Made by a program: the position numbers and the translations under genes. Source: Hamiltosporidium tvaerminnensis FI-OER-3-3 (lineage: Eukaryota; Fungi; Microsporidia). Taken from it: a stretch of DNA of 64,000 nt. How positions within the stretch are numbered: the first letter of the stretch is position 1; every line of letters begins with the position of its first letter. Under the pieces are notes generated by a model that did not search any database, was not told the origin of the DNA, and saw nothing but the letters and a program-made list of their open reading frames with translations. Shown here one piece after another: positions 62,972 to 64,000 of this stretch. The DNA lies in the NCBI GenBank assembly GCA_022605425.2, contig JAKIMF020000005.1, forward strand, positions 372,001 to 436,000, in the 5' to 3' direction.

Positions 62972-64000
62972 TGGATGGGGCGCACAATTTCAATATAAAT
63001 ATAAAAAGATTGCACAATATTTTAGATAACAGATAAAGAATAGCAGAAGAACATAAAAATATTTTTCTAAATATAACGGGATACTTTAGGATACGTAATA
63101 GGAAGGAATAAAAGATAAGAATATTAAAATATTTATTTAAAAGGTAATCAGATATTTTAAATAATTTGTAAATATATAGTACGAACGAAAATATGCGTCC
63201 CAAACAATAACTAAATATTTTAAGATACTAAACGAGAATGAATAGGAAAACAAAATAACTAATATGAATATGAATTCATCTGGTAAAAACAAAAGATAGC
63301 TGAAATACAGATTTCATTTTCTAGTTTGAAAAAAAAGTTCTTAAATAGTTTCTATTTTCTTTTTAAAAAGAATGGATTAAATAAACAAAATACATTACTT
63401 ATATAACGAGAACTTGAAAACAAAATGTATTTGACGGATAACAGTTATGAATATTTAAATGTTTTAATTGAAGTTTATAATATTTGAATAGCGTATACTC
63501 AAAATTAAAGAAAAAAATAATATGTAAGAATGAGAAATTGCTTAATCGTAAAAAACAAAATACATGATAAAAAAAAGTAAATAACTTATAGTAAAATGTT
63601 AGATTTTTTTAAACCGAATACCTAAATCTACGAAAAAAAAATTTTAAAGCTTTTTAAATTTCTTATTGAAAAAAATAAACTATTCCAAAGATTAAAAGTA
63701 AAATGAACATTTCTAATTTAGAAGTAATATATTATCAAAATATGAATAATTTATACCAAAATTAAAACACATTTACAAAAGGCAATTTAGAAAAGTCGGT
63801 TTTAGTTCAATATATTACATACTTTACGTTGAGACTGACAACCTAACCAACCAAAATGAATTGTCTTTATAACGCCCAGAACTCGGCTAAAATACGTTTC
63901 ATCGTTGGATTGTTTTCCATCCGTAGGGAAGAAGCGAGCAATTAAATAATTTATTTTACATATTTTAAACATTAGTACATTTATATTGTTTCAAGATATT

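Overview
Very AT-rich, gene-sparse eukaryotic DNA, most likely a large-genome microsporidian (Hamiltosporidium-like). This assignment is an inference from compact intronless eukaryotic genes, a CCC motif just upstream of start codons, and abundant decayed transposons. Recognisable housekeeping genes are LSG1, CDC73, an alpha/beta hydrolase, a B-type cyclin, a TRF-type Myb protein, SmF, 6-phosphogluconolactonase, V-ATPase subunit H and MetRS. The rest is mostly relics: RLE-type non-LTR fragments, an RTE-derived short element with TSDs, an unclassified ~700 bp repeat in ~8 copies, Ginger/Gypsy-like integrase relics, a Merlin element with TIRs and TSD, a decayed large-family gene and gene-flanking tandem repeats. 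The most interesting signal is three dispersed small secreted-protein genes (32153, 42974, 52370). They share a C-terminal A-x-F-x-R-A-E-L-x-L motif and a position-conserved non-CCC promoter (AAGGAG near -70, ACGT palindrome near -50, TATAA at exactly -27 to -23, upstream CCAAT). Also notable are an apparent MC1-like domain fused to the telomeric-type Myb protein and a 50-aa ORF missed by the ORF track that resembles Pol I subunit A14. All family assignments come from motif recognition by eye, with no database searches.
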